Below, in pieces: positions 18,403-28,820 of a DNA stretch of 64,000 nt (the first letter of the stretch is position 1; every line of letters starts with the position of its first letter). The translations under genes were made by a program, and so were the position numbers. Below the pieces are notes generated by a model. The model was given only the letters and a program-made list of their open reading frames with translations, had not been told where the DNA came from and did no database searches. Source of the DNA: Candidatus Marinacidobacterium sp. (GTDB lineage Bacteria > Acidobacteriota > Vicinamibacteria > Marinacidobacterales > Marinacidobacteraceae); NCBI GenBank assembly GCA_965204755.1, contig OZ242011.1, positions 1,856,001 through 1,920,000 of the forward strand, in the 5' to 3' direction.

Positions 18403-19800
18403 ATGCACCGAGCCGACTTGCAGCGTTTCTTCGACGCACTAGGGCCGCGTCTCGAGATGGCGCGGACGGTGGACGAGCGACTGAACTCAGAACTGGCGTC
18501 TCGGTTCAATGTCCTCGATTACATTCGGACATCGGAGCTGGGTCTCTCCCGAGTCATTGCCGACCTTCTCGACCCGAGTGCGACCCACGGTCAACAGACG
18601 CTGTTCCTGAACACTTTTCTCCGCGGTCTGCAGTCCGCGTCGAAGAGCGCGGACCGGCCGTTGGACCTCACCCACGACTACAACGACAAGTGGAAGGTGG
18701 CGAAGGGCACCGTGCGTGTCACGGTCGAACGCACCATCCCGCCCGGCCGTCGCCGACTCGATATCTCGGTGGAGTTCAAGGGAAATGATGGTCGCATCCG
18801 GTGCCTCGCCATCGAGAACAAGCCGTACGCGGGCGACCAGAAGCGCCAGATCCAGGACTACCTCGACTTCATGGAGAGTGAGTACGGCAGCAGAGACGGA
18901 GACGAACGGACCAACCATCTCTTGATCTACCTGTCCCCAGTGGGTGAGTTGCCCTCCGAGTGGAGTGTCGAGAAGAAGCGTCTCGCGCGCGAATCTGAGG
19001 AGTACGACTTTGCCGTGATGGGTTATTCGAGGGAAGGCGTCGTCGACTCAAGCCAAGAACAGGACGGCGCGAGCGAGTCGCGTCTTCGGTTGGATTGGTC
19101 CCTCGCGGAATGGTTCGACGCATGCCGACGGGAATGCGATGTGGAGCGCCTTCGCACCTTCCTGCGGGATGCGAGAGACTTTTGCCGGCAGCACTTCGGA
19201 GGTGTCGCCATGCCCGACACGACACAGGAACAGATCCGTCAGTTTCTCGAGGATCCCGAGAATCTGAAGATCGCCATGGCAGTCCACCGCCATTGGCCCG
19301 AGGTGCGCGCGGACATCGTGAAGCGATTTGCGGACCGCCTTACAGCGCGGATATCGGCGCACCTCACGGAACACCTGCCGCAACTCGGCACCATGCGAGT
19401 TGAACACTCGGTGACTGGGCACAACACGCCATGGCAGGCCTTCAAGGTGTACCGCGACGAGTGGCAAGGGAAGGGCGTGACGATCCAGATGGAGGCCCAG
19501 AAGCGGGGGAGCACGGACTGGATCGTCGGCGTCCGCAGCCCCAAGTTGAGGGACGCCCTGAAAGCACCCTTGGCTTCGGCTCTTGGAAAGCGCAGATCGA
19601 GCACAGGATGGCCGTGGTTCCGCTGGGTCGACGATCGCTGGCGATGGTGGGGCTCCGTGAGCGTCGTGCCGGATTTGAAGCGGGACCTGGAGAACGACGG
19701 AGACGCCACGCGCTACTTCGTTGACCAGGTTGCAGAACTCTGCGAGGTCGCAGTCCCGATCATCGACGAGGCTGTTCGCAGGCCCGGGGCCGGCCGCTGA
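18403..19800 (+). CDS. PD-(D/E)XK nuclease (PDDEXK_4-like) with variable C-terminal domain
   Basis: FNVL..SELGLSRVIADLLDP..HGQ..FL, RRLDI..AIENK..DQ..QIQDY, LIYLSP; internal GGAGGT + ATG at 19210. Confidence 0.85.
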   Translation: MHRADLQRFFDALGPRLEMARTVDERLNSELASRFNVLDYIRTSELGLSRVIADLLDPSATHGQQTLFLNTFLRGLQSASKSADRPLDLTHDYNDKWKVAKGTVRVTVERTIPPGRRRLDISVEFKGNDGRIRCLAIENKPYAGDQKRQIQDYLDFMESEYGSRDGDERTNHLLIYLSPVGELPSEWSVEKKRLARESEEYDFAVMGYSREGVVDSSQEQDGASESRLRLDWSLAEWFDACRRECDVERLRTFLRDARDFCRQHFGGVAMPDTTQEQIRQFLEDPENLKIAMAVHRHWPEVRADIVKRFADRLTARISAHLTEHLPQLGTMRVEHSVTGHNTPWQAFKVYRDEWQGKGVTIQMEAQKRGSTDWIVGVRSPKLRDALKAPLASALGKRRSSTGWPWFRWVDDRWRWWGSVSVVPDLKRDLENDGDATRYFVDQVAELCEVAVPIIDEAVRRPGAGR

Positions 19801-20035
19801 CCGACGCCTGCCTCGACCGCTGCAGCGGGTTCGCCTCTGGCGACGGGCGCGCCAGAGGCGTCTGCTGCCGTCGCCCGAAGCCTTGAACCGGCCACACCTC
19901 CGCTGCTGGGCCTGAGCAGCCGGCGCCGCCCCGTTGATATGATTCGGTTCCATGCTCTCCGGGCCAACCCGATTTCGGTCGAACGGGGCGCACCGTATTC
20001 GCGGCCGCTCACGGTCAGCGCGACTTGGTTGACTG

Positions 20036-20872
20036 ATGGACGCCGGTCAAGAAGTAATCGCGCCTGTAGAGACTCAGATGGACACAGAGCGACAGGTGCT
20101 TCGCGACCGGCTTTCTGTGTTCTTCTCCGGACTCGCGCCAGCTATCGACGTGGCTCGGGCGGCACAGGAGCGACTTGACCGTCGTCTCGCTACGCGGTTC
20201 TCCGTCTTTGATGATTTCTTCTACTTCATCCACAAGAAAGAGAACACCCTTTCCCGGATCTTCCGGAGTCTGCTGGACCCTCAGGGTCGCCACGGACAGG
20301 GCAGTCGGTTCCTTGATGCCCTTCTGGAAGAAGTCAGCAGCTCCATACCGGAAAACGAACTGCCACGAACGAATCTCGAGGAGTGCCGGGTCCGTACGGA
20401 GTACGGCATCAAGAAGACCACTAGAGACGGTCGTGGCAGCATCGACATCGTTGTCGAATGGCCGAAGTCTGAGTATCGGATCGGCATCGAAAACAAGCCG
20501 TGGGCAGGCGAGCAAGGCGGTCAGGTCACGGACTATGTCAAGGCACTGCTCCGTCAGACCGAGCGGTCAACGGGCGCGAAGAGAGTGTTGTTCCTGTACT
20601 TCAGTGGTAGCGGTGAAGACCCAAAAACACTTACCGGCGAGACTGCGAGAGCAGCACACTGCCTCACAGTGCCCTATCGCTCAGATTTGAGGCAGTGCTC
20701 CGTCCAAGGGTGGCTCCGTCGTTGTCGCACAAGGTGCGAGGCAGACCGTATCCGATGGTTCCTGATGGAGATCGACGACTACATCGAGCGGTCATTCCGT
20801 CATGCCGCTGTTCCAACTGACTCCCAGGAGGGAAAAGATGAAGAACGACATCCAGCTCGAGACGGCGATTGA
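20036..20872 (+). CDS. PDDEXK_4-like nuclease domain (C-terminal domain encoded separately)
   Basis: FSVF..ENTLSRIFRSLLDP..HGQG..FL, SIDI..GIENK..EQ..QVTDY, LFLYFS. Confidence 0.8.
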   Translation: MDAGQEVIAPVETQMDTERQVLRDRLSVFFSGLAPAIDVARAAQERLDRRLATRFSVFDDFFYFIHKKENTLSRIFRSLLDPQGRHGQGSRFLDALLEEVSSSIPENELPRTNLEECRVRTEYGIKKTTRDGRGSIDIVVEWPKSEYRIGIENKPWAGEQGGQVTDYVKALLRQTERSTGAKRVLFLYFSGSGEDPKTLTGETARAAHCLTVPYRSDLRQCSVQGWLRRCRTRCEADRIRWFLMEIDDYIERSFRHAAVPTDSQEGKDEERHPARDGD

Positions 20873-21428
20873 CTTCATTCGCCGAGACAGAAAGAACGCA
20901 GAACTTGCGCTACTCGTTGCGGCAGCCGTGCCCGCGTTGCAACAGCACGTTCGGGGACGCATCTCGGCGGCTGTAACGGAGGAACTGCGGAAGTTCCGCC
21001 GCCCGAACTGGAGTCTCGATGAGCACTGGGGTCGGGGGAAGCGCCTTTGGCGGCTTCGCCTTCACAAGAAGGACGGACACTGGTCCGAGAAACGGTTCAG
21101 CGGAGTATGGTTCCAGTGGGACGGTGACGACGGTATGGGCTTCCGGGTCGGCATCGAATGGCCGCAGGATCACGGAACTAGTCTGGACGAAAGTATTCGA
21201 GAGTGCTTCCGTACGGCCGATGTCGAACTCAGCGCACGACAAGAGGGTGGGGGTGATTCGGGGCGGCCGACAACTTGGTGGTTCTTCGGCTACCCCGCAG
21301 GAGATGACTGGGTCGGATGGGACTGTCTGCTCGTCAAGACGGACGAGGAGATTCCACAGTTCGTGACGGCCACGGTCGGCTTCATGAAGCGGCTGGTGGA
21401 GGTAATCGAGCGAGCCGACTTGCCTTAG
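20838..21428 (+). CDS. stand-alone C-terminal module of the PDDEXK_4-like nuclease
   Basis: AGGAGG + ATG at 20838 in the +1 frame; similar to the C-terminus of 22437..23981 (HWSE..FSGVWF.WD..FRVGIEWP..RECF). Confidence 0.75.
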   Translation: MKNDIQLETAIDFIRRDRKNAELALLVAAAVPALQQHVRGRISAAVTEELRKFRRPNWSLDEHWGRGKRLWRLRLHKKDGHWSEKRFSGVWFQWDGDDGMGFRVGIEWPQDHGTSLDESIRECFRTADVELSARQEGGGDSGRPTTWWFFGYPAGDDWVGWDCLLVKTDEEIPQFVTATVGFMKRLVEVIERADLP

Positions 21429-21977
21429 CACCACTTCGATACCTACACGAAGAGTTTCCGCCACACGCCGCCATCCGAGTGGGACTGGCCCCGGTTCGAG
21501 GGCTACTACCTCGAACTCGAGAAGAAACTCGCGGAACGGGGCGTCCATGCCTGGTGGCACACGGACACGATCCGGGGCTCCACGACCTACCCGCACCTGT
21601 TCTGCAAGGCGGTGCCGCGAAAGGACGGGAACGAAGTGCGGATCCAGATTCGGAGCGGCCACCGCGACCTGAACCAGTTGACGGTGCAGGCGACCCGCCC
21701 GAAGGGGAGAGTGGACAGCGCCACGCTGCGCCGCCTCTTCGAGGAACACCAGGCGGCCAAGTCGTCGTTGGCCGGCGGGCGCATACACCGGTCGGCCCAG
21801 CGGTTCCGCGGGGGCGGGTTTCCCCAGTTCATGAAGATCACCTTCGACGAGGACCGCGGGAGTTATGTCGCGCTCGACGCGGACGGGAACGTGGACCTCG
21901 ACGAGACCGCGAACCGCATCGTGCGCGTGCGGGAGTTCCTGGAGACCGTCTCCGGCCGCGCCGACGACAGCGGCTGA
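21429..21977 (+). pseudogene. headless nuclease-associated module (orphan middle domain)
   Basis: open frame HHFDTYTKSFR..EWDWPRFEGYYLELE..ALDADGNVDLDETANRIVRVREFL matches AFDDQTEEWR..GWGWRQIEGCYLDLE..ALNEDDTIDVAETAKRIRRVGDFI in 22437..23981; no start codon at its homologous 5' end. Confidence 0.7.
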
Positions 21978-21995
21978 AAGCGGAGTCCGCCTCAC

Positions 21996-22175
21996 CGGGG
22001 CCGCCCGCCCCCTTGACAGCGGGGGTCGCCACTGCATCCACGAGCCCGAGCGCGGCTCGGTGCACGAGCCGGTGGGCGTCGACATCCGCTCGGCGGTCGG
22101 CCGGATTGAGGCCGACTCGGTCCCTTTTGGGGCGAACGCCTATGCCGAGGACCGCCGGATCGGCTCCCCGACGAG
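21996..22175 (+). pseudogene. degenerate internal fragment of the TonB-dependent receptor gene
   Basis: ERGSVHEPVGVDIRSAVGRIEA vs ERGSVDEPAGVDFRSAVGRVEA. Confidence 0.8.
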
Positions 22176-22436
22176 GCCGGCTGGCGCGCTCACTTCGGGA
22201 CGGCGACTCGCAGAGCCACTTACCCGGTTTTTGCCTTGATATTCAATGACTTGCGTCTCATTCCGCTGAAGTTGACAGAGCGACTTGCTTCCCTCCGCCG
22301 CTTATGGCCAGATACGGGTCAACGCTCGTCGACTCGCCTCCGCGCCTTTTTCGGCCCGATGCGGGTGCTTCTTCTGTCAATCGCCCTAATCCGGCATGCC
22401 CCGCCGGCGCTGTCGCCGTACGGAGTCACCCAAGCG

Positions 22437-23981
22437 ATGACCAACTATCTCCCTCCGAACTTCTACTCGTTCGCTACCAAGGAACTGGACCAAGATGCGG
22501 CCATCGCCTACATCTTGGCATGGGCCGACCCGCAGTATCGGGACGCGCCCGCTCCGGACTCCAAGATGCATGGCCTCGCCCAAGCACTGCTCGGGGCGCT
22601 CGTCTCGACGCACCCGAGCCATGAGGACTGGACCCCCGAGAAGGTGACGAAGGTCGAAGTCACGACCCAAGAAAAGCAGGTGGATGTCCGCGCCCTGATC
22701 GAGACCGAAGACGGGACGCTCCTCCTCATCGTCGAGGACAAGATCGGCGCCACCGAACACGGCAACCAGATCCGCCGGTATGTCGAGGAATCTCGACGCC
22801 GTTTCCCGGGAGCCGAGATCGTCCCGGTCTATGTCAAGACCGGTAACGAGTCGGCGGACTATCTGCGGCGCAGGCTCTCGGTGGTATGCGGTGTCTTTCC
22901 GAGAAAGGCTCTCCTCGCCGTCCTCAACGACCACCGGGAAACCGGAAACCGGATCGTGGATGACTTCCGCGACCACTGGCAGGCCTTCGACGACCAGACC
23001 GAGGAATGGCGTTCCCGGAAGGTTGACGGTTGGGGATGGAGGCAAATCGAGGGGTGCTACTTGGACCTCGAGCGTCACGAGACAGAATGGCACTGGGGAG
23101 TGGATACGAGAGGCTTCAAACAAGTCCTCAACTTTTGGGCAGACTCCTTGATGATGAACATCGAGACGATTCCCGAGATCCAGTTGCGCGTCGAGATAGA
23201 GAACGCGAGAACGATGTGGATCTCGGCGCATCAGAAGAACCAACCAGTGTCTCGCACGACATTGGAGTATCTGAAGACGGTGCTTGCCTCGAGAAAGGGC
23301 CTTTCTGTCGGGATGGGCCTCACGCTTCGCAGAGCGCACACCAAGGCGGGTTCCAGGTGGCCGAGACCTGTACAGGTGATTGCTGACGAGAAAACGCTCG
23401 ACTACCGCGCTCTCAACGAGGACGACACGATCGATGTCGCCGAGACCGCGAAGCGGATCCGTCGGGTAGGCGACTTCATCCGGAGGACTCCTGAGCGAGT
23501 GGCACGGCGTGATGCTCTGAGCGGTCTTGTGCGGGAACGCTTGGAGAAGTCGCAGTCCGAGTCGCCGTGGAAGGTCCGCCCGCCTTCCGAGAGACTGCGC
23601 ATCTACAAGGAGAATCACTGGTCGGAGACTGCGTTCAGCGGAGTGTGGTTCCTGTGGGATGCTGACGATCAGACCTTTCGAGTCGGTATCGAGTGGCCGA
23701 AGGAGGGCGTGCCGAATCTGGCCGAGGGAGTTCGGGAATGCTTCGGTGCGGCCGGTATCGAAGCCAGTCGCGAGCAGGAAGGCGGAAGGGAACGGAAGCG
23801 GCCGAAGACCCGTTGGTTCTACGGTTCCCCGAAAGCCGAGGACTGGAGTTGGAAACGACTCTGTGACAAGAGCGACGAGGAACTGAGCGACTACGCGGAA
23901 GCCGTTGTGGCGCTGATGCGGGCCTTGGCCGGCGTCATAGACGACGCCGAGGAAACACCGGCCAGCCAGCCACCGTCCTGA
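22437..23981 (+). CDS. PD-(D/E)XK nuclease (second PDDEXK_4-like subtype) with two C-terminal modules
   Basis: FATKELDQDAAIAYILAWA, VDV..IVEDK..NQIRRY, VYVKTG. Confidence 0.8.
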   Translation: MTNYLPPNFYSFATKELDQDAAIAYILAWADPQYRDAPAPDSKMHGLAQALLGALVSTHPSHEDWTPEKVTKVEVTTQEKQVDVRALIETEDGTLLLIVEDKIGATEHGNQIRRYVEESRRRFPGAEIVPVYVKTGNESADYLRRRLSVVCGVFPRKALLAVLNDHRETGNRIVDDFRDHWQAFDDQTEEWRSRKVDGWGWRQIEGCYLDLERHETEWHWGVDTRGFKQVLNFWADSLMMNIETIPEIQLRVEIENARTMWISAHQKNQPVSRTTLEYLKTVLASRKGLSVGMGLTLRRAHTKAGSRWPRPVQVIADEKTLDYRALNEDDTIDVAETAKRIRRVGDFIRRTPERVARRDALSGLVRERLEKSQSESPWKVRPPSERLRIYKENHWSETAFSGVWFLWDADDQTFRVGIEWPKEGVPNLAEGVRECFGAAGIEASREQEGGRERKRPKTRWFYGSPKAEDWSWKRLCDKSDEELSDYAEAVVALMRALAGVIDDAEETPASQPPS

Positions 23982-24147
23982 CTTCCGTTCCGCGAGGGCT
24001 ACGCGCTCGTCGCGGAGTTTCGTAGCGTCGCGTGAGGACCGCCCCGGAACGCGGCGCTCGCGTATGGCCGGCGGCTTGCGCGCTGAAGAGCGACGCCGGA
24101 GCGACCAGAGCCGTCGCTTCAAGGCCGTGAATCGGCGCGGCGAGTTG

Positions 24148-25264
24148 GTACCATCCGCCGTTCTCTTGCTGCGGAATCTCGCCCGCTCGGGCCTCCCCCT
24201 CGTCGTCACCGCCGGCCTCGCCGCCGCCGCGCCGCCCGAGGATGACCGCCCCGATGCGCCAACGACCACGGACCCCACAACCCCCACCGAACCCCCCGCC
24301 GCCCAACCCGACGACCCCGACGCCCAACCCCCCGCCTACTCCGAAACCGTAGTCGTCACCGCCTCCCGCGCCGAGGAGTCCGTCGTGGACTCCGTCGCCC
24401 TCGTCACCTCCCTCGACGCCGACGCCCTCGCCCAATCCCCCGGCGCCCTGGTGGACGAGGCCCTCGCCCGCGTCCCCGGGTTCGGACTCTTCCGCCGCAA
24501 CACCAGCCTCATCTCGCACCCCACCACCACCGGGGTCTCCCTCCGCGGGCTCGGCCCCAGCGGGGCCAGTCGCAGCCTCGTCCTCTGGGACGGGATCCCG
24601 CTGAACGACCCCTTCGGCAACTGGGTGTACTGGAACCGCCTCCCCACCCTCCTCCTCGACCGGGTCGAAGTCGCGCGCGGCGGGGCCAGCCCGCTCTACG
24701 GCAGTTCCGCGCTCGGCGGAACCATCCAACTCTTCTCCCGCGACCCGGCGCCGGCCTTCCACGCCCGCGCCCGCGCCGGGGAACTCGGCGTGCGCGACGG
24801 CGAAGTCATGGCCTCCCACCGCTTCGGCGACTTCGGTTTCGTCGGCGCCGCCCGCCTCTTCGACAGCGAGGGCTACCACCGCATCCGCGAGTCCGAGCGC
24901 GGCTCGGTGGACGAGCCGGCGGGCGTGGACTTCCGCTCGGCGGTCGGCCGGGTCGAGGCCGGCCCGGTCCACTTCGGCGTCAACTACTACTCCGAAGACC
25001 GCAGGAACGGCACTCCGACCCAGGTCAACGACTCCCGCCTCCTGCTCCTCAGCGGCGGCATCACGCAGGACGACTGGAGTCTCAGCCTCTTCGGCCAGAG
25101 CGCCGAACTGAACAGCGACTTCTCCCGCATCCTCGCCGGCCGCGACCGGGAAATCCCCACCTCCCAGCAGCACTACGAGTACTCCGGGCTCGGCGGCCTC
25201 TTCACCGCGCGCCTCGGCGACACCGTGATGGTCGGGGCCGACTGGGTGCGCTCTTCTTGGGACG
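24148..25264 (+). pseudogene. 3'-truncated near-identical duplicate of the TonB-dependent receptor gene
   Basis: direct repeat of 28854-29979; diverges abruptly after ...RSSWD. Confidence 0.9.
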
Positions 25265-25769
25265 GCTACCATCGTTCGGTCCCCTTTTGCCTTTATAATC
25301 AACGACTTACAATCTCTTCCATTGAAACGGAAACCGCGACTTGCTGCACGGGCAGCTGGTACCGCCCTGTGTCCGAGGTCGTCCGTGGCAACAACTTGCG
25401 AAGGTCTCAGCGTCGGCGGTCGGGTGTGTAGAATGTGGCTCGGTTCTGACAGCAGCGCCGGGCACTCACCCCCCCAGAATTCTACAGACCGACAAGCAGC
25501 CGGGAGGGCCGCAATGGCTTCTAAACGTTTGACTAGATTGGATTTCCGCGGCGAGTTACGGGCTCGGATGCTACGAATTCTTTCGAAAATTCGATTAGTT
25601 CCGCCAGAGGTCGTCGTGGTCGTGCTGGACTGGCTAATGCGAGCGCTGGGCGGATGACGCGTAGACGGGGGAAAGGGAAGAGAGGGAGACTTGAGGTTGC
25701 CCCCTTTCGTGTACATGCCGGCGGCGGTGCCCTCGCGGGCTCCGCCGAAGCGGGAACAGACGCCGCCCT

Positions 25770-25990
25770 AGAGGACGGGTTCAGGGCCTCGAAGCGGGTG
25801 GCGCGGCGGGAAGCATGGATCCCGACCAGTACGCTGGTGCAGTGGTCCACCGCGACGAAGACCGTCACCTGGCTCTCCCGGAGGGTGGCGGTGGAGGTGG
25901 CGTTGGAGCCCCACATCACATCCAGCGCCTCGGTGCGGATGGTCCCCGGTGTGGTGGCGGGGCCGCAGGGGCCGCCGCCGCGGACGGGCG
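25770..25990 (-). mobile_element. integrase-core (IS3/IS481-like) transposase fragment
   Basis: MWGSNATST..VTVFVAVDHCT..VGIHA..RFEAL. Confidence 0.6.
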
Positions 25991-25994
25991 GGTG

Positions 25995-26330
25995 GGGAAG
26001 CCGACGGCGCTGGACGGCTACGAGGGCGCGGTGGAGTCGGTGCAGCGGGTGCTGGGCGACGCGTTCGCCTCGGCCTGCGGGTTCGAGGTGGACGCCTGCC
26101 GGCCGGGTCGGGGCTCGGACAGGGGGAAGGTGGAGCGGGGGGTTCGGGGGTTCCGGGAGTCGAAGTCCGGGGTGTTCCGGGAGGGAGCGGGGAGTCTTGG
26201 GGAGTTGGAGGAGCGACTGGCGGCGCGCGGGGAGGAGTTGATGGCTCGCTGGATCTGTCCGGCGACCGGAGAGTCGGTGGCCGGGTGTGCTGGCGGAGGA
26301 ACGGCGGTCGCTGCGTTCGTTGCCGACGAT
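25995..26330 (+). mobile_element. IS21-family transposase (IstA) fragment
   Basis: FASACGFEVDACRPGRGSDRGKVERGV. Confidence 0.65.
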
Positions 26331-26765
26331 GGTGGAGTCGAGCGTCCGCCCCGGGCTCGCCGGCGCGACTTGGTTCCTAGAGGCTCAGCGTCGGACGGTC
26401 GAAGAAGGTAGGCGGATGCAATTCAGGCCGAGAGAGTTCGGGACGCCTTCCGTGCGGGCCGCGTGTACCGACCTGCCTCCGGTGTCTGGCTGCTCGACTT
26501 GAACCATCTGAGCATTTCCGCGGGTGCCCGCCTGCTCGGCACTTGATCCGCGAGCCACTGTCAGTGCCAACACTCAACGACTCGGCTCTCGGCTCATAGG
26601 TCATCTTAGAACAAGGGGCAGAGCGTTCGTGATAATGGGTGGCTCCGCGCCGCCGATGCGACCTCCGTCACGAACGCATCCTAAGGCTCCGCTACATCCT
26701 CGGGTGTCGCTGCCCGACAGAGCAAGTCTTTCCGTTGCGCCACTAGCCTGAGCGGCACGACGCGT

Positions 26766-28725
26766 CTACCTCCTTCGCGGGAAGATGCATTTGAGGACTT
26801 CAATGTCCTTCTCCGCGAAGAAATGGACGCTTGAGCCACTGAGCCACGGGGCCGACAGACTGCCCCAAGCCATCCTCACGCCCGGTGTTCCGAAGGGTAC
26901 ATCCGGATGTTCGAACCCTAGGAGGTGAGCTACTTCGTGAAGTAGTCCGGCCCCGTGACGGCCGTTGCCACTCCACCGCCCGGCGCAACAGGGGTCCTCA
27001 TCTCGCCACCACTTGCCCATCGTCCTACGGTTGTAACTCGTCGTACCCGTGTAGGTGAATGCCACATTCGGGGATCCTCCACGATGATCCCAAAACGACG
27101 AATCGTCATCCATGTAGAAGGCCAGCAACTGCCCTCTCTTTCGCGGCAACACATAGGGAGCCTCTCCATAACGATGGTAGTCGGTGTTCCACCCTCTCGG
27201 CATGCCAGGCGGAACTGGCACTATCTCCCCCATTTCCAAGATCCGGTACCCAACCTGCTCCTCGATGTCGTCAGCCAGAGAACGGAACGGCTCCAACTGT
27301 TCAAGGAGGTCCTCGTCGGTGACGAAAGAAGGGAAATTCCGTACGATATCCACTCGAAACGGCGTTCCGTCCCACTCATCCAATAGAAATCCGGCAGGAT
27401 GCCGGCCTACTTCGCGCCGTTCAATGCTGCAGTCGCGAATGTCTGCGAACGGCATGGTCTTGCGAACCTCATGTCCGCTTGCGTTCTCTATGGCGTGAGG
27501 GCCAAGATCTGTATCGACCGGAATCTTGCCGTCCCGCGACAGGATCGCTCCCTCATTTAGTTCTATCGCGTCCTCCGGGATACTGATACCGTCAGGATCG
27601 TGGTCATCATAACCGACGAAATAGCGGAATCGAACATCTGAATCCGATGTATTATGAAAGATGGCATATCGATATCCATATCCCACTTGAATTAGAAGCC
27701 TCGGCCACCCAGAAACCTCTACATCACCGCTCCATCGAACATCGATATAGACCGACTCGTTATCCTGATAGCCGAGTGGCGGATTATGAGGTCCGCCTGC
27801 CAAGTACACCCTTCTGATGCTAAGTCCGACACCTTCGCTGAAGTCGCGCACTCTATGGTCCGGAGAGTTCACTATTGCGTGTTGCCTGAGGTCTGTACTT
27901 ACTGTGGTCTCCGTACGAAAAAAGGAAGTGATCGATCCACCGCTGAGATCTATCGCTTCTGGAGGGAGGCTGATACCGTCATCGTCATGATCGTAGTTGC
28001 CTACGCGATACCTGAATTCGATACGGCCTGACGAAGACTGTTCGTAGAAGCGTGCGAATCGTTGCTCACTTCCAATTTCCAGTAGCATCTTCGGAGAACC
28101 TGTGACTTTGACGGCACCGCCGAAATAGACAGCAATTTGGATCTGCTCATCTGCCAGATAGCCGATCTCGAAATTCGACGGCTCCCGAATCAATATTCTC
28201 CGCACGCCTATTCCGACGAGCACCTTATCTCCACGGCGTTCTCGGAACAGATTCGTGTCAACCGACCGGCTACCGGTAGTGATGGACCCGCCGTTTAGCT
28301 CCAAGGCGTCCGCAGCGATGCTAATGCCGTCGGAGTCGTAATCGTCACCCCGAACGTCGTACGTGTAAAGGACACATCTGCCACCGGTCGAACTGACGGT
28401 CGCGAGTCTGGTGTGTTCACCAATCTCAATCCTCAGTCTCGGCGATCCGGAGACGTCAACCTGTGGGCCCCAACAGATATAGCCGGAAATGCGCTCGCCC
28501 ACCTGATATCCCAATGACGGATTGTCGGAGCCGTGGAGATCAAAGTCTTCGACTCGACTTCCAGTACCGGCAGACGGCGGAGTCGGCGCCGTAGGAGGCG
28601 GAGTCGGTGCCGTAGGAGCGAGAGTCGGGGAGGAATCCCCCCCCCCCCCCGCTGCAGCTGACGATCATCAACGCGGTGACGGATGCCACGAGTGGCCGCC
28701 GAAAGTTGTAGCGCGATCCGAACAC
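26766..28725 (-). CDS. lipoprotein with three Ig-like repeats and a metzincin metallopeptidase domain, frameshifted at a G14 tract
   Basis: GGGAGG + GTG at 28725, signal ending MIVSC; G14 at 28637-28650; three repeats GY..V.G.P.L.I.IG..F.Y.V..D.D.DGISI; HEVAHLLGFEH; lower GC. Confidence 0.75.
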
Positions 28726-28820
28726 GAAGTCCTCCCTTCTTTCCCGAGTCTTGGCGAAAATCCGGGTCGAGTGATGCCGCAAGTATACCGGAGCCTGTGA
28801 ACGGGCATGGCCGTTGAGGG

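Noticed and set aside
20826-20840. Programmed -1 frameshift at GGGAAAA joining the nuclease and its C-terminal module
   Set aside because: Fusion needs a +1 shift, and the downstream ORF has its own strong SD and ATG.
24100-24118. Perfect AGCGAC-N7-GTCGCT palindrome as a sixth WYL box
   Set aside because: The hexamer 11 nt downstream is TGAATC, not TAnnnT, and such cores arise by chance at this GC content; left unresolved.
25427-25486. 60-bp TGTAGAAT..ATTCTACA element as a MITE
   Set aside because: Single copy, short inverted repeat, no clear target duplication; probably an IS-end scar.
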